The notes under the pieces are model-generated. The model searched no databases and was not told the DNA's origin. It worked only from the letters and a program-made list of their open reading frames with translations. Position numbers and translations under genes: made by a program. DNA of 64,000 nt from an uncultured Bacilli bacterium (lineage in GTDB: Bacteria; Bacillota_I; Bacilli_A; RF39; UBA660): positions 125,602-189,601 of the forward strand of contig CAKOWQ010000001.1 of the NCBI GenBank assembly GCA_934122395.1, given 5' to 3'. Positions within the stretch are counted from its first letter, which is position 1; every line of letters starts with the position of its first letter. Of the stretch, positions 60,112 to 64,000 are shown one piece after another.

Positions 60112-62326
60112 CTCTTAATTCTTTTATTAAGTCTTCTACTTCTTTATTTGATTCATTAAATAGTTCTATTCTAAAAACATTAATACCTTTATTTAGATAA
60201 GTATTTATATTAGATATTTTATCTATTACTTTAGAATCCATAATATGAGTTAGATGTTTACTTTGAAGTAATGGATATTCTCTTAATTCTTTATCTTTCA
60301 AATAATAGTTGTCTTTATTTAAACACAAATCACATTTTTTATCATCTTTATTAATAAGCATATTTAAAGGGCAGTATTTAGTAATCATAAGTTCTATTCT
60401 GCCATATATAACTATTTCTACATCAACTTTAGAATTGATTTTAGATAGACCAATAACTTCAGGAGATAGTGTTACTCTTTTTACTCCTAGACTTTCTAAT
60501 AATTTTATACTTTCGTTATTGTTAACGTTTAAGTAGTAATCAGTGCATACTTCATTATCTTTAGAATATTTATTTATGCCACCTAATTCGCATACTAAAA
60601 TGTTTGTATTTTTATATTCTTGAAACTTATTAATAACACGATCTAGTCTCAAATAAATTCTAGAGTCAGATTTATATTTATTAAAAAGATTTATATCAGA
60701 CACATATATGTAATCAACATTATTAGATAATGCCGTTAGTAATTGTTCTTCATTTCTTACTAAAATACTTATTTTCTTTTCATTAGTACGGTTAATAGAA
60801 GGGCTAGGTTCTAAAGTATTTATTTTTTTCTCTTTTACATAACATCTTTTATTAATTAAGTCTTCTGTTAACTCACGTCGCAAATTATTTAAGCTGCTTA
60901 ATGGAATAAAAATATTAGAATTCATTTCAATATTGATATTATTGACTTTAAATGGAGTGTTTCCTAATTTAGATAATTGTTTTATTATATCTTCTTTTCC
61001 AACTGGACGATTAGTAGAGGATCCTACTACATCACCTTTTATACTAGAAGTGTTAATGCCATCAGTAAAAGATATTTCTAAAGGTGTGTTTAATAAGGCT
61101 TTAACTGTAATATCAATATTAATTTTCTTTTCTTCATAATTATGTAATTTTTTTAATAATTTACTATCTATCGTAATTGAGACATTAGATTTTTCTTTTA
61201 ATCCTACTTTATTATCTACTATAGCAATATTATTACTAGAAATACTGTTAGTTAGCAGCATCTTAGAATTGTACAATTTATTTACAATCATACCTTTATC
61301 AACATCAGTAAACTTAATACCATCTTCTTGATTTAATTCATGATCTAGTTTTATTTTGATATATTTAGGATCTACTTCTATTACTTTACCTATTCTTAGA
61401 CCAATATGGTTTGGTGACTTAATATTCATAACATCTTTGCCATATTCATTAAATAAGTATCCATTAGTGAATTGTCTATTGAATAAAGTTTTTAATTCGT
61501 TAATTTCCTCGTTATCAATAGTTAGTTCTTGATTATTATAATATTTATCTATTAAAGTGCGATAGAATTTAGTAATAAATCCAACATATTCAGGGCTTTT
61601 CATACGTCCTTCTATTTTTAGACTTATAATATCACTATCTAAGATATCTTTTAAATACTTACTAGTATTTAATTCTTTCATACTTAATAAATAGTTACCA
61701 TCCGTTTTAATTTTTTCATCATTTTTATAAAGTTCATAAGGTAATCTACAAGAAGCGATGCATTCTCCTCTATTACCAGATCTATTCGTATTCATTGCAC
61801 TAAAAAGGCAACAACCAGAATAGCATACACATAATGCACCATGAATAAATACTTCTTTTTCAATATCTACATCTATATTTTTAATTTCATCAAGTGATAA
61901 TTCACGAGCTAGCACTACTCTTTTAACACCAAGATCTTTTAATAATTTTATTCCTTCAGAATTATGATTATGAGTTTGAGTAGATGCATGTATTTCAAGA
62001 AGAGGATATTTTTTGTGAACTAAAGAAATCATACCAATATCCTGCATTATTACAGCATCAACACCATTAACATATAAAAATTCTATATAATCCAAAAAAT
62101 CTTCTATCTCACTATCAAAAATAATAGTATTAACTGTTATATATATTTTAACACCATACAAGTGGCAATATCTAATAGCTTGTTGTAAATCTTCTGGTGC
62201 AAAATTGTCTGCGAACATACGGGCACCAAACTTCTTTCCGCCTAAATAAACAGCATCACAGCCATTATGTATTGCTTGATACAAGCTTTCCATATTACCA
62301 ACTGGACTTAACAGTTCTTTCTTCAT
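60095..62326 (-). CDS. Peptidase U32 family protein (collagenase-like, tandem U32 domains)
   Basis: 743 aa. U32 signature region E-x-F-x-H-G-A-L-C-x-x-Y-S-G-x-C. Confidence 0.8.
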   Translation of the reverse strand: MKKELLSPVGNMESLYQAIHNGCDAVYLGGKKFGARMFADNFAPEDLQQAIRYCHLYGVKIYITVNTIIFDSEIEDFLDYIEFLYVNGVDAVIMQDIGMISLVHKKYPLLEIHASTQTHNHNSEGIKLLKDLGVKRVVLARELSLDEIKNIDVDIEKEVFIHGALCVCYSGCCLFSAMNTNRSGNRGECIASCRLPYELYKNDEKIKTDGNYLLSMKELNTSKYLKDILDSDIISLKIEGRMKSPEYVGFITKFYRTLIDKYYNNQELTIDNEEINELKTLFNRQFTNGYLFNEYGKDVMNIKSPNHIGLRIGKVIEVDPKYIKIKLDHELNQEDGIKFTDVDKGMIVNKLYNSKMLLTNSISSNNIAIVDNKVGLKEKSNVSITIDSKLLKKLHNYEEKKINIDITVKALLNTPLEISFTDGINTSSIKGDVVGSSTNRPVGKEDIIKQLSKLGNTPFKVNNINIEMNSNIFIPLSSLNNLRRELTEDLINKRCYVKEKKINTLEPSPSINRTNEKKISILVRNEEQLLTALSNNVDYIYVSDINLFNKYKSDSRIYLRLDRVINKFQEYKNTNILVCELGGINKYSKDNEVCTDYYLNVNNNESIKLLESLGVKRVTLSPEVIGLSKINSKVDVEIVIYGRIELMITKYCPLNMLINKDDKKCDLCLNKDNYYLKDKELREYPLLQSKHLTHIMDSKVIDKISNINTYLNKGINVFRIELFNESNKEVEDLIKELRGALYE

Positions 62327-62393
62327 ATAACCACCACAAAGATTATATCATGTATTAAAAAAGAATGAAATCATCTTCATTCTTTTTGACTTA

Positions 62394-63884
62394 TTAATTA
62401 GTTTTTATAATGTATGGGTTATTTTTAGTTCCGTTTCCACCCATGATTTGAGCATCAAATTTTAAATTGATAACTGGTCGAACATCCCATTCACGATAAG
62501 AACCATCGTAACTCGTTTGTCCCTCGTCTACTACAAGGCATACATAAGCAGTTGAAGAAACATAATTAGGCGATATCATCCAAAAGCTTATTCCCGAATT
62601 CATATAATAACCATTATTTTCCCAGCCACTAATTCCTCCTGCATAATTCGTTTCATCAGCCGTTATTAATCCGATTGGATAATCTAGAGCTTTATTACCT
62701 TTATTAGTCGTCTTAGTTGTATATAAATCATTTACTTGAGGACATTTGAATTGTGGCTTCTTCCTAGTCCAATTTTTAAATGATTCTAGTCTTGCTGTAG
62801 ATCCATAAACCGTTTCGTTAACACCATATCCTAAAGCAGTATCACCTGGCTTCCAAATATTAGGGGCAGATGCTACACTTCTATCTCCACAGAATCCTGA
62901 ATCAGCTAAATAACTTGAATAACTCATTAAATTATTTTGATACCATGTATCTATAAAAGTCTTTATTGTACTTGAATTAATATTTGCATGTGTCTCTTCA
63001 TACGTTGAAGCACCAACTGTCCCATACATATATCCTACATATGCATTATCAGTATCATCCTCATTAAACTTGCTCTTGCCTATCGAATCTTGCTTTATTA
63101 ATCTTATTGAACCATCTTCATTTATTCTTACTATTCTCCATGTGAATCCTGCGAATGTTACATAGTTATTTTCTACTTCTCCTCTAAAATAATATGTTAC
63201 TTTATTATCTTCGGTATTGGTACTTGTATAATATAATCCTTTACCATTTGTATCACTACTTATCTTAGAAAAATCTATACTTGTATCCGCTTGTGCTTCA
63301 TTGTCTTTCAATATTTTTGCTGCTAGTCTTGTTGGTACTATTATAGTATCATCTGTTACTATCGTTTGTCCTGTATCTTGTACATAATTAATATTTATTG
63401 TTAATGTACTATCTATTAAATTAGGTTGGCTTGTTACATTGTTATCATATGATATTGTTACATCAAATGTCGTTGTTGTTTTACTTGCTAATTTGTCTCC
63501 CTTTTTAATACCTGTTATTTCAAAATTTATTGCATCACTTCCAGTCTCGCTTGCTGTTATATCATCTATTACTGCATTTAATGTCCCTTGATTTGCTACT
63601 GTTATTTTGTAGACTATATTGTCTCCTGGGCTTGTTAAGTCTATATTGAATGTTGCTGTTGTTCCACTTGCTGTTGGTGTTTCTTTTATCTTTATTCCAC
63701 TTGTTTTGAACACCTCTGTTATGTCTGTAAATACCACTTTCCAGGTTGACTCTATACTTGATGTTCCTGTTATTGTTAGTTTTGTTGCAAAGGCTGCATA
63801 CCCTACTGCCATTATACATATTAAGCTACACATTGCTATTATCAATATCTTCTTACTTTTCATATACTTTTCTTCCATCTCCAT
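62394..63884 (-). CDS. Secreted TasA/camelysin-like N-terminal domain protein with conserved C-terminal domain (long paralog 2)
   Basis: 496 aa. Signal …AMCSLICIMAVGYAAF|ATKLTITGT. Core ATFNIDLTSPGDNIVYKITVANQGTLNAVIDDI. C-terminal domain collinear with the 9296 gene. RBS GGAGG favours the second or third Met as the start. Confidence 0.55.
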   Translation of the reverse strand: MEMEEKYMKSKKILIIAMCSLICIMAVGYAAFATKLTITGTSSIESTWKVVFTDITEVFKTSGIKIKETPTASGTTATFNIDLTSPGDNIVYKITVANQGTLNAVIDDITASETGSDAINFEITGIKKGDKLASKTTTTFDVTISYDNNVTSQPNLIDSTLTININYVQDTGQTIVTDDTIIVPTRLAAKILKDNEAQADTSIDFSKISSDTNGKGLYYTSTNTEDNKVTYYFRGEVENNYVTFAGFTWRIVRINEDGSIRLIKQDSIGKSKFNEDDTDNAYVGYMYGTVGASTYEETHANINSSTIKTFIDTWYQNNLMSYSSYLADSGFCGDRSVASAPNIWKPGDTALGYGVNETVYGSTARLESFKNWTRKKPQFKCPQVNDLYTTKTTNKGNKALDYPIGLITADETNYAGGISGWENNGYYMNSGISFWMISPNYVSSTAYVCLVVDEGQTSYDGSYREWDVRPVINLKFDAQIMGGNGTKNNPYIIKTN

Positions 63885-63910
63885 CCTCCATTATTATTTT
63901 ATCTGTAATT

Positions 63911-63941
63911 ATTATACCCCCCCCCCCTAGGGATTTTGCAA
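63911..63941 (-). promoter_or_regulatory. Sigma-A-type promoter with a G11 (C11 on the + strand) homopolymer in the spacer (putative phase-variation switch)
   Basis: Minus strand: TTGCAA aatcccta GGGGGGGGGGG TATAAT, spacer 19 nt. Conserved with the 9220–9249 promoter, which has G7 and an 18-nt spacer. Confidence 0.55.
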
Positions 63942-64000
63942 GATTATTTTTATAACTCTATTCTTTACTATATATTTAATTATAAACTAATTTCTTATTT

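Overview
This is an AT-rich Firmicutes chromosomal segment from a spore-former, with gene order close to the Bacillus subtilis ylb, yqe and tkt–sirA–yneF regions. Genes present include spoIVB, spoIIM-like, spoVB-like flippase, sirA-like, and the L21–Prp–L27 operon.

Housekeeping genes are dense:
- mutS, mutL and uvrC.
- trxA, cvpA, miaA, rsmE, mtaB, mnmA and alr.
- deoB, xerD and rarA.
- hrcA–grpE–dnaK–pepF–dnaJ.
- tyrS with a T-box leader.
- xseA, xseB, nusB, obg, tkt, rnhC and rsmD.
- A U32 peptidase and two tRNAs.

The most notable content is a four-member family of secreted proteins whose signal peptide and N-terminal fold resemble TasA/camelysin (SipW-cognate 'AAF' motif and an L-x-PGD…V-N-G-T-L-N-A core):
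- Two long paralogs (484 and 496 aa) carry a large, conserved C-terminal domain I cannot place.
- They lie in inverted orientation about 52 kb apart.
- Each is preceded by a conserved promoter whose spacer holds a homopolymeric G tract, G7 at one copy and G11 at the other. In a roughly 27% GC genome this strongly suggests phase-variable expression by slipped-strand mispairing.
- Two short Thr/Ala-rich paralogs sit in tandem at 20.1–21.2 kb.

Pilus-like genes are also present: a divergent ComGA-like ATPase with two overlapping prepilin-like genes at the window start, and a 330-aa Cys-rich secreted protein with a prepilin-like N-terminus at 58.2 kb.

Other notable items:
- A 28-codon leader ORF, intrinsic terminator and sigma-A promoter upstream of an ABC exporter, consistent with ribosome-mediated attenuation.
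- A 700-bp gene-free AT-rich region carrying a 28-bp dif-like site, 1.8 kb from xerD.
- pepF inserted between dnaK and dnaJ.
- A tandem-repeat Asn/Gly-rich small gene translationally coupled between xseA and xseB.
- A non-Spo0B protein at the spo0B position.
- Several small hydrophobic peptide genes.

I saw no CRISPR array, transposase or obvious defence genes. Coordinates from my own indexing, as opposed to the ORF track, may be off by 1–2 nt.
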